Source of the DNA: Flavobacteriales bacterium
GTDB taxonomy: Bacteria > Bacteroidota > Bacteroidia > Palsa-965
Direction: 5' to 3'
Length of the DNA: 64,000 bases
NCBI GenBank assembly: GCA_040377305.1
Contig: JBEIPA010000020.1
Span: forward strand, 34,326-98,325
In this document: positions 38,845-48,669 of the stretch, piece after piece
Layout: every line of letters starts with the position of its first letter
How positions within the stretch are numbered: the first letter of the stretch is position 1
Position numbers and translations under genes: made by a program
The notes under the pieces: generated by a model
Told to the model about the DNA's origin: nothing
Seen by the model: the letters and a program-made list of their open reading frames with translations, nothing else
The model's database searches: none

Positions 38845-39681
38845 CTAGTCGTGTGCGCCGAAGTAAAAGTGCATACCAACCGAAACTCCAATAGAGCTCA
38901 TCGGCAAGAAGAAACGTAGATCCTGATCAGGCTGACCGTCGTTCTGTGGATTCTGAGTTGTGAATTCTGTCACATACTCTGTTTCCTTCTGACGGATGTT
39001 CATTCCTGCCAATTGATCTTGTCCATCTACATCAAGCTTAGTGATAATGGAATGATTCGGAGAATAGTTCTGCGCATTCATAGTTGCTTCAGCATAAAGG
39101 CCGAACATGTCGCTTAGATGGTAATGAATACCAAGTCCGCCTGTGAAACCAAACGCAACACCCTGGTTAAATTCTTCAACACGATGATAAGATGAATTGA
39201 AAGAAGGTCCGGTAGTTGTCGTTTCCATTTCACTGAAAACTTGTCCGCCTACGCCGATCAATACTCCAACACGCATGTATGGTTGCCAAGCACCTTCGCT
39301 TGCAGTTACTCGACCACCAATCATAAACTGGTGCATACGTGCCCACATTTCCTGTGTGCCTGTTTCCACGTTTGGACCAGAGGCATCACGAATGTCAGAC
39401 GTGATCTTGCTGCCGAGCAAGTATCCGTAACCGAATTCCATTCCAACGTTTGGATTGAATTTCCATCCGAACGTAACATTCGGGTTAAATCCTTGTCCAA
39501 GGCTGGAATATATTCCTTTATAAGTAGCAGTATTGCCATTATCGTCGTATTCAACAGCAATCAACTCGCGAAGAGCAGGTGCACCGTATCCGATACCAAC
39601 GTTAATATAGGTTTGAGAATACGCAGAATGAGAAAGAAGCACACCAAGTGCCGCTATCGTGATTGTTTTTAGGTGATTCAT
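38845..39681 (-). CDS. outer-membrane beta-barrel protein
   Basis: Signal peptide; amphipathic strands; ends PMSSIGVSVGMHFYF. Confidence 0.8.
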   Translation of the reverse strand: MNHLKTITIAALGVLLSHSAYSQTYINVGIGYGAPALRELIAVEYDDNGNTATYKGIYSSLGQGFNPNVTFGWKFNPNVGMEFGYGYLLGSKITSDIRDASGPNVETGTQEMWARMHQFMIGGRVTASEGAWQPYMRVGVLIGVGGQVFSEMETTTTGPSFNSSYHRVEEFNQGVAFGFTGGLGIHYHLSDMFGLYAEATMNAQNYSPNHSIITKLDVDGQDQLAGMNIRQKETEYVTEFTTQNPQNDGQPDQDLRFFLPMSSIGVSVGMHFYFGAHD

Positions 39682-39808
39682 TGGTTGTTTGGTTAGATAT
39701 GATCGAAGGTAGATCAAGTACTAACCGGCGAGCTCAGGTTTTCGTGCGTTCGACTTCAAATGGCGACGCTTTGCAGAAAGTCTATCACAAACTGCAATGT
39801 GAAAATTG

Positions 39809-40630
39809 CTAGAGTTGTGGAGTAGTTTCTACACCATCGGGGTTAAGCAGAAGGAAAGTTATGCCGAGGTTGAATCCAAATGCGTTCATCGGAACACGTA
39901 TGTTTGGATTATCAGATTGCAATTCATCTCCTCGCGTGTTCGTATTATATGCAACAGATTGTACCATCTCCGTTGGTTTCCAATTTTGCCAGGTATAACG
40001 GAACTGAAATCTCCAACTGCATCGAAGGTCGCGATTGAACGCAAGCCCTGCTCCCAAAAAATATCCGACAGATACTCCGCCGGAATACGTTTCATGGTTC
40101 ACGTAAAACTTATTTCCAGCCTGCGATCGCGGAAGCGTATCAACCTCGAAGCTTTTCTGGAATTGCGGATGAATCAAAGCACGTGCACCTACATTCACGT
40201 AAGGCTGCATCTTTCTTTTTCCGAAGTAATATGTAAAGGAAATACCTAACCGGTTATTTGCAGTCAATACTGCCGTGCGCCGAATGTGCATCCACGAGGC
40301 CGTGTCTATTTCTTCGCGCAGGTATGCACCAGCAACAGCACGCGCATGCCATTCGAAATTGATTCCCACTTCAAAGTTGCTATCGAGCCGTACTCCACCT
40401 TCTCCGTTTAATACCCAACCACTACCAAATCTGCCGCGCATCAGTTCAAACGGAGGTAGTCGCTCCGGAACCCTGTCAAAGGAATAAAACTCAGTGGCAC
40501 CGGAACCTGCATCAGCCCCAAATGAGAAACGGAAATAAGGTTGTGCTGACGAAGTTTGTGTCCAAAAGACAAAAACCAACAGAACGGGCGTAAGGAATCT
40601 ACTTGAGCGTAGTGCTGTACGTGTTATCAT
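39809..40630 (-). CDS. outer-membrane beta-barrel protein, divergent paralog of 38845-39681
   Basis: QPY, QN(W/Y).P, PMNAFGFNLGITF parallel the neighbour. Confidence 0.7.
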   Translation of the reverse strand: MITRTALRSSRFLTPVLLVFVFWTQTSSAQPYFRFSFGADAGSGATEFYSFDRVPERLPPFELMRGRFGSGWVLNGEGGVRLDSNFEVGINFEWHARAVAGAYLREEIDTASWMHIRRTAVLTANNRLGISFTYYFGKRKMQPYVNVGARALIHPQFQKSFEVDTLPRSQAGNKFYVNHETYSGGVSVGYFLGAGLAFNRDLRCSWRFQFRYTWQNWKPTEMVQSVAYNTNTRGDELQSDNPNIRVPMNAFGFNLGITFLLLNPDGVETTPQL

Positions 40631-40681
40631 GGTGTGCGAATACCGGTGGTAAAACGCATCAACATTCACTTTAGTATGTAC

Positions 40682-41710
40682 CTAGAGAATTTCCGCTTCC
40701 GTTGCGCCGAATCCAAACCGCGCAAAAGAACCGTCATTAATGCGGACACCTTTGTAAGTAGAGAGCAACTTCCGCACTTCCGTTTTCAATCGCCCGTTCC
40801 CTACGCCATGAATGAACACCACTTTGCGCATGTGAGCGGCAACGGCTTCATCCATTTCCTTTTGTACACGCTTCAACTGAATGTCGAGCAATTGTGCGTT
40901 ACTCATCCCCGACCAATTATCCATGAGCTCTTCGATGTGAAGATCAACTTCCTTCTCGAGCACCTGGTGCTTCTGATGAGGAACAGAAACTTTCTTCGCG
41001 GTAGAAACGCGCTCTTTCAGTTCCATCATGCGACGAATATCATCGTTGGTTACAAAAGGTTTTTCTTCCTGCGTAGTCATGTCGCCAATCAACGCAACTT
41101 CTGCAACATAACATTTCTTGTCGGTCAGCAAATGCGCCTGATACGACGAGTCTTTCATAAACTTTACACCACGGAGCTTGACGGTGTTGCTCATCGGATT
41201 CAAATGTTCGTATGCTTCATCGCTGTAGAATATCACATCCGTTTTCGCCTGACCCCATTCGTCAATGTCGGCTGGAGTCATCGTATCAACTTCCGCTTTT
41301 CTTCCCGGACCAAGTGTTCCCGATTGAATGCAAATCCAATCGCGTCCATCTTTCAACGAAACGGTAAAGAAGATATGATATTCACTTCTGTTCAATACAA
41401 ACACATCGATTTGTCCAACTGAAGGTATTTGCTGATTCTGCGGTTGAAATACAAGATAAACTCCATCCGGAAAACCAGGATTGATCACTTCATGAACACT
41501 TGTCGTTGCCGACTTTTCCTCGACTACAGGAGCCTCATACTTCGATGCACGCTCATGCGATTTCACAGGAACCAATTCTTTGAGTGGGAATGGATATTCG
41601 AAACCATCCTGCACTTCTACAATTGCCATTCCATTCCCGCTATTGCGGACGAATGTTCCTTCGCCTGTTTCGTTGAGGAAACGTACTTTATCGCCTTTTT
41701 GGAATGACAT
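40682..41710 (-). CDS. DUF2027 + Smr/MutS2-domain protein
   Basis: GDKVRFL, DGFEYP, EVDLHIEEL, FIHGVGNGRLK, FGFGAT. Confidence 0.9.
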   Translation of the reverse strand: MSFQKGDKVRFLNETGEGTFVRNSGNGMAIVEVQDGFEYPFPLKELVPVKSHERASKYEAPVVEEKSATTSVHEVINPGFPDGVYLVFQPQNQQIPSVGQIDVFVLNRSEYHIFFTVSLKDGRDWICIQSGTLGPGRKAEVDTMTPADIDEWGQAKTDVIFYSDEAYEHLNPMSNTVKLRGVKFMKDSSYQAHLLTDKKCYVAEVALIGDMTTQEEKPFVTNDDIRRMMELKERVSTAKKVSVPHQKHQVLEKEVDLHIEELMDNWSGMSNAQLLDIQLKRVQKEMDEAVAAHMRKVVFIHGVGNGRLKTEVRKLLSTYKGVRINDGSFARFGFGATEAEIL

Positions 41711-41871
41711 AGTGCAAAAGTAGGCATAAGGAATTAAGGATGTGGTGCGAAGGAGAACAGATGCGGGACAAAATTGTTGTGGGTTTCGCACAATTGAAGT
41801 AATTTTTGGGAATGAAATTGGTTGACCTAACAGTCCGGTTCACGAATTACAACCTCAAACAAACCAAAACA

Positions 41872-42624
41872 ATGATCAAAAAGTTATTGATCCTCCTTGC
41901 CCTCATTCCTACGCTTGCAATTGCTCAGAAAGTAAAAGTCGATGGCGACACCGTTTACAAAGACGAAGCTCCGTATTGCCTGATTCTGAAACAAGGAACC
42001 GGACTCGCTCCCGTTTATAGCATTCGCACCTTGACTAACGTTGAAATTGCGACCGTGATTCAGGATGACGCTGTTCCTGCTAACGAACAGAAAACTGCTT
42101 ACGTGCGTATTACTTTTACAGCGTCGGGCGCTATTTCACATTTCGGCAATACAATTCCATTGGTAAAACGATTGGCAAAAGCTTTGGTAGAAAGTGATGT
42201 AGTTGGAACAAACGGCAGTAATCCGGAAGGAGAAAAGCGATTTGTTTCCTTGTATCCGAATAAAATCGTGAATCAGGCAACGGTTATCGTCAATATCAAT
42301 ACAAACGGACCTGATTACACTCCAGTTACGCGTAGCAAAGTGAATTCAATACGTGCACTCAACGGAAAGCTTTCACAAGGTGGAACCGATATCGGAACAT
42401 ATGCGACATCGAATACAATGTCAGGTGGCAAAAGTGTTTCAACAACGACCTACTCGCTTCCGAATGGAGTTCAGTGTGCTGTTGCAACGTACGATAACAT
42501 TGGTGCGAAGACAGCTTCTGTGAGAACATTGCGCGATAATGCAACGCATACGGTTACGATTAAGAATTCAGCAATGAGTGAACAGGAAATTGCGGATTGG
42601 TTGTCGACTAACGGATACCTGTAA
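41872..42624 (+). CDS. hypothetical exported protein
   Basis: Signal peptide MIKKLLILLALIPTLAIAQ. Confidence 0.75.
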   Translation: MIKKLLILLALIPTLAIAQKVKVDGDTVYKDEAPYCLILKQGTGLAPVYSIRTLTNVEIATVIQDDAVPANEQKTAYVRITFTASGAISHFGNTIPLVKRLAKALVESDVVGTNGSNPEGEKRFVSLYPNKIVNQATVIVNINTNGPDYTPVTRSKVNSIRALNGKLSQGGTDIGTYATSNTMSGGKSVSTTTYSLPNGVQCAVATYDNIGAKTASVRTLRDNATHTVTIKNSAMSEQEIADWLSTNGYL

Positions 42625-42625
42625 A

Positions 42626-43768
42626 CTACGCGGGCTGATTCACGCCTTCCATCACTTTCATATACAGCTCTTCATATTGCGGAAGTATCGCTGCAATATC
42701 AAATCGTTTCGCGTGCTCGTAAGCATTTACTTTGAATCGGTTCAGTAGTGCATCATCGGTGAGTAACTTGATTGCACTGTTCGCCATGTCATCTACATCT
42801 CCAACGTGAGAAGTAAATCCGGTAACACCGTTTTTGTTCACTTCCGGAATACCACCCGTATTTGTGGAGATCACCGGAATTCCAGACGCCATTGCTTCCA
42901 ATGCGGAAAGACCAAAACTCTCGGTTTCGGAAGGAAGTAAGAATAAATCTGCAATCGCCAGCACTTCATTCGGATTTACAACTTTCCCGAGGGAAATAAC
43001 GTCATCGCACGTGTTAAGCTTACGGCACAATGCGTCAATGCTCGTACGCTCCGGACCATCTCCAACGAGAATCAGTTTCGTCGGAACTTTCTTCCGCACC
43101 CGATCGAAAATATGCAAGACATCTTCCACGCGTTTTACTTTGCGGAAGTTCGAAACGTGTACCATTATTTTCTCACCCTTCGGAGCAAATACAGAACGCT
43201 GGCACGCTTCTGAATGATGACCATAATCTTCCAGGCGGATAAAATTCGGAATCACTTTTACTTCCTGTGTCAGATGAAAGTACTTCAATGTATCAGCGCG
43301 TAAGCTCTCCGAAACTGCAGTCACTGCACTTGAGTGATTAATAGCGAACGTAATCACCGGTTCAAACGATGCATCGCGACCTAAGAGCGTGATGTCTGTT
43401 CCGTGCAGCGTTGTGATGAAGGGAAGTTGTTTGCCTTTGTCTTTCAGAATCTGTTGTGCCATGAAAGCCGCCGACGCATGCGGAATGGCATAGTGCACGT
43501 GCAGCAAATCCAGTTTTTCGCTCAGCACCACATCGACCATTTTGCTCGTCAGTACTAATTCGTAAGGCTGATAATCGAACAGCGGATAATTCGACACTAC
43601 AACTTCGTGGTAAAAGATATTCGTATGGAAGGAATCGGCTAATCGCACGGGCTGACTGTACGTAATAAAATGCACCTGGTGGCCTTTGGCCGCCAACGCT
43701 TTTCCCAACTCAGTAGCTACAACACCCGAACCTCCGAAGGTTGGGTAACACACAATGCCGATTTTCAT
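42626..43768 (-). CDS. bshA: N-acetyl-alpha-D-glucosaminyl L-malate synthase (bacillithiol pathway, GT4)
   Basis: MKIGIVCYPTFGGSGVVATELG, HVHYAIPHA, TTLHGTD, SNFRKVKR, ESFGLSALEAM. Confidence 0.95.
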   Translation of the reverse strand: MKIGIVCYPTFGGSGVVATELGKALAAKGHQVHFITYSQPVRLADSFHTNIFYHEVVVSNYPLFDYQPYELVLTSKMVDVVLSEKLDLLHVHYAIPHASAAFMAQQILKDKGKQLPFITTLHGTDITLLGRDASFEPVITFAINHSSAVTAVSESLRADTLKYFHLTQEVKVIPNFIRLEDYGHHSEACQRSVFAPKGEKIMVHVSNFRKVKRVEDVLHIFDRVRKKVPTKLILVGDGPERTSIDALCRKLNTCDDVISLGKVVNPNEVLAIADLFLLPSETESFGLSALEAMASGIPVISTNTGGIPEVNKNGVTGFTSHVGDVDDMANSAIKLLTDDALLNRFKVNAYEHAKRFDIAAILPQYEELYMKVMEGVNQPA

Positions 43769-43798
43769 GCTGCAAAGATAAGGTGCAGATTGTTAAGG

Positions 43799-43989
43799 GG
43801 AACGCGGATTTTATGTCCGTTGGTTGCTAGGTCCTTGCCCGGATGACTCTGGTTTACATCAACACTCGGCTGGGGATTTTATGAGATAAACTCGAACCTA
43901 TCTCATAAAATCAAATTGACGAACTTTGAATTCACCGTCCTGATCCGAGTGAAAGACTAACAATTATAGGACTTCAATATCCGCGTTCC
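43799..43989. repeat. REPIN-like pair (GGAACGCGGAT family) around a 14-bp hairpin
   Basis: ggaacgcggat / atccgcgttcc; inner gattttatgagata / tatctcataaaatc. Confidence 0.7.
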
Positions 43990-44042
43990 AGTTACGATCA
44001 AAACTGAGCACAATCTCCGATCTTATCGCTACCTTAGGGTCT

Positions 44043-44429
44043 ATGAACGACAAATCCAATGTGCTGAATTGGTTTGAGATTCCCGTTTCAGATTTCGGCC
44101 GCGCAAAACGTTTCTACGAGTTCATCTTCGATATCAAAATGACTGAATCGCAGATGGGTCCGATCAAAATGGGATTCTTTCCATCTGTTCCAGGAAGCGG
44201 AAAAGTTTCTGGCGCTTTAGCCTACAATGAAGATTTCTACAAGCCCAGCGTCTGGGGTCCTGTTATTTATCTCAATGCCAATCCCGACCTGCAGGTTGTC
44301 CTCGATCGCGTAGAAGCAATCGGCGGAAGAATTCTCATGTCGAAAAAACTCATCGCAGCAGACGCCGGCTACATGGCACTGTTTGTAGATTGTGAAGGGA
44401 ATCGGATGGCGTTGCATTCGAATGGGTGA
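44043..44429 (+). CDS. VOC/glyoxalase family protein
   Basis: WFEIPV, RAKRFY, DCEGNRMALHS. Confidence 0.9.
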   Translation: MNDKSNVLNWFEIPVSDFGRAKRFYEFIFDIKMTESQMGPIKMGFFPSVPGSGKVSGALAYNEDFYKPSVWGPVIYLNANPDLQVVLDRVEAIGGRILMSKKLIAADAGYMALFVDCEGNRMALHSNG

Positions 44430-44441
44430 CAATTAAAGTGT

Positions 44442-45545
44442 ATGAAGGTTATTACATGCACATTATTCGTCCTGGCATTTACTCTAACGTCATTCTCCCA
44501 AGAAACCTTTGAGGTTGCTGATACAAAATTCACCGTTCAGTGCCCGGTTAATTACTATGTATTTGACAAGAAGAATGGATCTAACCCTGAAGGAGGATTG
44601 TCCAACGTTGTATTCAAATCAAATAAGTTCGATGAGTGCAGTTATTCAATTATCGGGTTGCAACTCGTCAATACGAAAATCCAACCTATTCCGCATAAAA
44701 AAAGATCCGCTAAAGTTCTTGAAAGCTCTGCGGGTTACGTAGGTGTGGGAGCATATCAATGTTTCTATTTTAGCAGCAAGCAAAAATCGAAGCGCAAGTG
44801 CAATAATTTGCATTATTACGCATCATTCAGCCACAGAATAAATGATTCTTTAGATGTGAGAATATTTCTAACGTCTGTGGCACTGGAATCGGAAATCAAT
44901 TACCTCGACACAATTCTCCGAACGCTCGCAGATAGCTTCTTCATTGTCAATAATTACTTATTGGAATCACTTAAACCAGTGCACAGTTTTAATGGTGAAG
45001 ATTCAATATCAATTCTTAATAAAGGATTCTACTTTCCACTAATACCAGGTTGGGGCGTAACTAAACGGCGCGCGGAATTCAACGATGAAAATGATCCAAC
45101 GGGTAAACGTCTTGTAATTCAAGAAATACGTGCTAAAGCAATCAGCTCGTGTGCCATAACATTTACCGTAACCGATATGACATTTACTAAACAAGATGAA
45201 TTAAACTATTTTCTAAATACCCGAAACAGATTGCCGAATAGTGGCGAGCGTCCCATGTTTGCAGTTCGAACAGATTCAATTCAAAAAAACTGCGAAGCAA
45301 ATGGCTTTGATACTTTATCTGCTTGGGGGTTGATTCGGAAGGATGTGAATGGCGAAGCAAAACATTTCTACGCTTATTACTATTCTTACTTTTTCATGAC
45401 CACAAAAGGTATGTTTAGGGTAACGCTGGAATTTGTTGCACCGATCTCAGATCCCCTGCAGGCTTCGTTCAAGGGTGAAGAGTTTCAAGCATACTGTGAT
45501 GATGTTTTAAAACAAAATAATTTCAAAAAATGGATGGTTCATTAG
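44442..45545 (+). CDS. hypothetical exported protein, paralog 1 of 3
   Basis: Signal peptide; FYFPLIPGW motif. Confidence 0.7.
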   Translation: MKVITCTLFVLAFTLTSFSQETFEVADTKFTVQCPVNYYVFDKKNGSNPEGGLSNVVFKSNKFDECSYSIIGLQLVNTKIQPIPHKKRSAKVLESSAGYVGVGAYQCFYFSSKQKSKRKCNNLHYYASFSHRINDSLDVRIFLTSVALESEINYLDTILRTLADSFFIVNNYLLESLKPVHSFNGEDSISILNKGFYFPLIPGWGVTKRRAEFNDENDPTGKRLVIQEIRAKAISSCAITFTVTDMTFTKQDELNYFLNTRNRLPNSGERPMFAVRTDSIQKNCEANGFDTLSAWGLIRKDVNGEAKHFYAYYYSYFFMTTKGMFRVTLEFVAPISDPLQASFKGEEFQAYCDDVLKQNNFKKWMVH

Positions 45546-46789
45546 TACGAGGAAAATTTGAATTGGCGAGTTTGATTGTCACTGTTGCAGCTATGTTCGG
45601 CTCAATTTCGGCGCACTCACAACGTATTGATTCTCTACGAATTCTTGGACAACCTTTTGAAATTGCAGTTCCTTATGCATGGACCGCGAGCCGTGTTGAT
45701 ACGGGTTTATGTAAACAGGATGGATTTAACATTCGTCTTGATATGCCGATTTCAGATTACAATTGCGGTGGACACATCACCGTTAAGGCAACCGCAGTTA
45801 CTCCGGAACTGCGAAAGGAGCGCGAGAACAGGGTTCATGAACCAATCGAAGACAGCCTTTTCGCTGCATACTATCGTACAGATATCGGAAACTATACACT
45901 CAACTGCGGATTTGTTGAACAAAAGGGAGGAAAAGACCCCCGGCCGGTCAATAAGGCCGACAAACCAGCCTACCAGAAAAGAAAGAGAGAATTATATAAA
46001 GACCCATCCCATTTGTACACCACGTGGTTGTTCTATTCAATCAACGATACAATTGAGTTTCTGATTCTGTTTCAGGGAAGAGTTCCCCACAGCTATGAAC
46101 AATTTGCAGATCATGCTGTGAGACACATTGCAGAACACATTTTCATTGAGGATTCTACTTCAATTAAGACATTAACCGATGTAACAAATCCCTTTCGTCA
46201 TGAACCTGAACAGCTACCGATGGATTCCGTGACTTTTCTTAAAACCAGCTTTAAATTTCCACTCTTACCGGGCTGGTCTTATGATACAACCAGAACTGAA
46301 TCAGAGCGAAAGACCGTTTTTCTAAGGGTTAAATCTCCGAATCGCGAAGGTTGTGATAAAGGCAATATTGTATTATCCTATCGCGTCAGAACAGTAGATG
46401 ACAATACTTCTAAAAAAGATGAACTATCGAAGATTACATTGGAAGGAATTTACAAGCAGTATAAACCACTTATGCCAAAAATGGATTCCAGTGAAATCCG
46501 GAAGATCGACTCAACATTTGCAACCTATGAGCAACATTTCTATTTCACACAAGCAGGGAGTAGTTTCCCTGCTCCCCTTTGTCCGGAATACGAAGAAGTG
46601 AATGAGGTGCTATATATTATCATTTACACTTCACCCAGTGAACGAATACGCATTGAAGTGTCAACGACATACACCGGCTATGATTACCAAAGCGCCCGCG
46701 AATACAGCCATCAATATTATCGGTTCATTTATCTCATGGCAGAAGCAAATGACTTCGAACAGTTTTATCTGAACAACAAAAAGGACTGA
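45530..46789 (+). CDS. hypothetical exported protein, paralog 2 of 3
   Basis: Signal-like N-terminus; FKFPLLPGW motif. Confidence 0.7.
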   Translation: MDGSLVRGKFELASLIVTVAAMFGSISAHSQRIDSLRILGQPFEIAVPYAWTASRVDTGLCKQDGFNIRLDMPISDYNCGGHITVKATAVTPELRKERENRVHEPIEDSLFAAYYRTDIGNYTLNCGFVEQKGGKDPRPVNKADKPAYQKRKRELYKDPSHLYTTWLFYSINDTIEFLILFQGRVPHSYEQFADHAVRHIAEHIFIEDSTSIKTLTDVTNPFRHEPEQLPMDSVTFLKTSFKFPLLPGWSYDTTRTESERKTVFLRVKSPNREGCDKGNIVLSYRVRTVDDNTSKKDELSKITLEGIYKQYKPLMPKMDSSEIRKIDSTFATYEQHFYFTQAGSSFPAPLCPEYEEVNEVLYIIIYTSPSERIRIEVSTTYTGYDYQSAREYSHQYYRFIYLMAEANDFEQFYLNNKKD

Positions 46790-46791
46790 AA

Positions 46792-47889
46792 ATGAAGAAA
46801 CTATTTCTGCTTTTCATATTCATCAACCTGTTTCAATTCTCGAATGCACAAAAAGCTGCGAATGTTGATACGTTCACTATTGCGGGAGCGAATTTTGTGG
46901 CAACAACGCCTGCCGATTGGTTTTCCCTTTCAGTCAACGATAGTATTCAGAAAGATACCACGTGGAATTACAAAATGTGGTATGCTCCGGACGTAAACTC
47001 TAATGCCGTTTTCGCTCAGGTCTGGATTCACGTAATCAACAATACTGATTATGTCCCAACAAAGAAAGAGAGAAAGAAATTTGAACGGAGATGTAAAGTA
47101 TCTCAAAGAAAAATAGGAAACTGGCCCTGTTATTTTCTCAATTATGAAGGTCAGAAGATGAAAGACTGCCGGAAATGCAAATTAGTTTATCAGCAGCTCT
47201 ATTCTGTTCCATTAAATGCAAAGCAATCATTAGAGATATTGTTTGTTGGGCAAGGAGATTGGAACAAACTTTATCCGCTAAGTAAAACGTACGCTCAGTT
47301 TGCGGAAAATTTTATCCGAACCAATGATCAGTCGCTTTCCACTTTTCGACTTATTAATTTCTACATGCCCGTGACCACATATAACATAAACGTTGGTCAA
47401 ACTTATTCCAAAGTCCTGATTCCAAATGGATTTACCTTTCATGATCTTACGAATGGAAATGCCACTATCACGGGTAAACAAATGACGATACACATTAACG
47501 CGTTGACTCAGATTAAAGATTCAACTGCAATTCAACAGAAAATAGATACAAATGTTAGTATCGTCCCGCTGAAAACATATTCATTTCTGTCTGGATCTGC
47601 TGTTGCTAAACTCGTGACGCAACGTAGTCTTCTCGCAAATGATGGAAGTTGGATACTGTACAAATTTTCAATGGACATTCCACAAGCCGATGCAGCTATG
47701 TTGGAATATTACAAGTGTCTTTTGAGTGAATATGCAACATACACCACCCAACATCAATTAGATGCATCCAACTCAATTCCCGCAATTAATTTACAGGACA
47801 TCGATCCTCGAAAAAACAGTAAGCCCAGAAGTGAAGGGCCCGCTCTGAATATTGAAAGAAAAAAAGACCAGTTACCCCGACCGAAATAG
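46792..47889 (+). CDS. hypothetical exported protein, paralog 3 of 3
   Basis: Signal peptide MKKLFLLFIF; TPADW and VLIPNGF motifs. Confidence 0.7.
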   Translation: MKKLFLLFIFINLFQFSNAQKAANVDTFTIAGANFVATTPADWFSLSVNDSIQKDTTWNYKMWYAPDVNSNAVFAQVWIHVINNTDYVPTKKERKKFERRCKVSQRKIGNWPCYFLNYEGQKMKDCRKCKLVYQQLYSVPLNAKQSLEILFVGQGDWNKLYPLSKTYAQFAENFIRTNDQSLSTFRLINFYMPVTTYNINVGQTYSKVLIPNGFTFHDLTNGNATITGKQMTIHINALTQIKDSTAIQQKIDTNVSIVPLKTYSFLSGSAVAKLVTQRSLLANDGSWILYKFSMDIPQADAAMLEYYKCLLSEYATYTTQHQLDASNSIPAINLQDIDPRKNSKPRSEGPALNIERKKDQLPRPK

Positions 47890-48035
47890 ATTTGAAAATT
47901 CAGCCGAAATAATCTCAGATCACGATTGGAAGATTATTCCTTGAGAAAAACAGTCATTCGTTCAATCTCCGGCTAACACCAAACACAATCGGCACATTGG
48001 CACATTGGCACATTGGCATCGGCATAGGCACATCC

Positions 48036-48122
48036 TTACGGACGCTTTTTCAACTCCACAACCAGCTCCTGCATTAGTTTTCCGCGTATCCCTTCCTTCG
48101 CCAACTTATTCGCTTCAGTATC
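48036..48122 (-). pseudogene. displaced duplicate 3' end of the GH3/serine-hydrolase gene
   Basis: Encodes DTEANKLAKEGIRGKLMQELVVELKKRP*, versus DTEPNKLAKEGIRGKVMSELVIELKRGKK* in the intact gene. Confidence 0.88.
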
Positions 48123-48130
48123 TGTTACTG

Positions 48131-48397
48131 TTATGGAAACACCTTGTAAATATCCTTGCGATGCAGAATCCGCACAAACTCCACTGTATCTGTTGAAATA
48201 AACATTCCAACCCTGTAGTCTCCAATTCTCAGACGGAATGCATTCTTGTGTCCGGATAACTTCTTAATGTTCGGATGATTTTTCAAAGTAGAAGCTCGCT
48301 CCACGTCCTCAATAAATAACTCCAATATTCGTCGTGCTCCCTTATTGGAAACAGAATCCAAATCCTTTGAAAACTTCTTCAGGAAAACAACCTGCAT
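48131..48397 (-). CDS. relE: RelE/ParE-family type II toxin
   Basis: F.KDL, IKKLSG, FRLRIGDYRVG, LHRKDIYKVFP. Confidence 0.9.
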   Translation of the reverse strand: MQVVFLKKFSKDLDSVSNKGARRILELFIEDVERASTLKNHPNIKKLSGHKNAFRLRIGDYRVGMFISTDTVEFVRILHRKDIYKVFP

Positions 48398-48398
48398 G

Positions 48399-48596
48399 TT
48401 ACTTCCGTAGCTTCTTGAGAATTGAAGCTTTCGATACCGTCTTCTTACGGTCAACACCTTTCATCAATTTACTCAATCCAAAGTCTTCCATTTCCTCGCG
48501 CGTGTAGGTAACGGCAGGAAGACCCAGTGATTCGAGAAAATCATTGATCAACCGAAGTTCGGACTTGTCTCTTGGTGTAATTACGAACGATTTCAT
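48399..48596 (-). CDS. cognate antitoxin
   Basis: 65 aa directly upstream of the toxin; EEMEDFGL..LM...VS. Confidence 0.8.
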   Translation of the reverse strand: MKSFVITPRDKSELRLINDFLESLGLPAVTYTREEMEDFGLSKLMKGVDRKKTVSKASILKKLRK

Positions 48597-48669
48597 TAAT
48601 CAAATTTACAAAAATCTATTCCTAACACCTAACACCATCTGCAAATCAGCATATCTGCTCATTCGCAAA

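Noticed and set aside
40634-41422. Long antisense ORFs (also 20219-20842 and 59442-60062)
   Set aside because: Shadows of well-supported genes on the opposite strand, with no motifs of their own
42626-44429. bshA plus divergent VOC gene as a FosB-type resistance module
   Set aside because: The VOC protein is the generic WFEIPV glyoxalase type; no evidence of functional linkage
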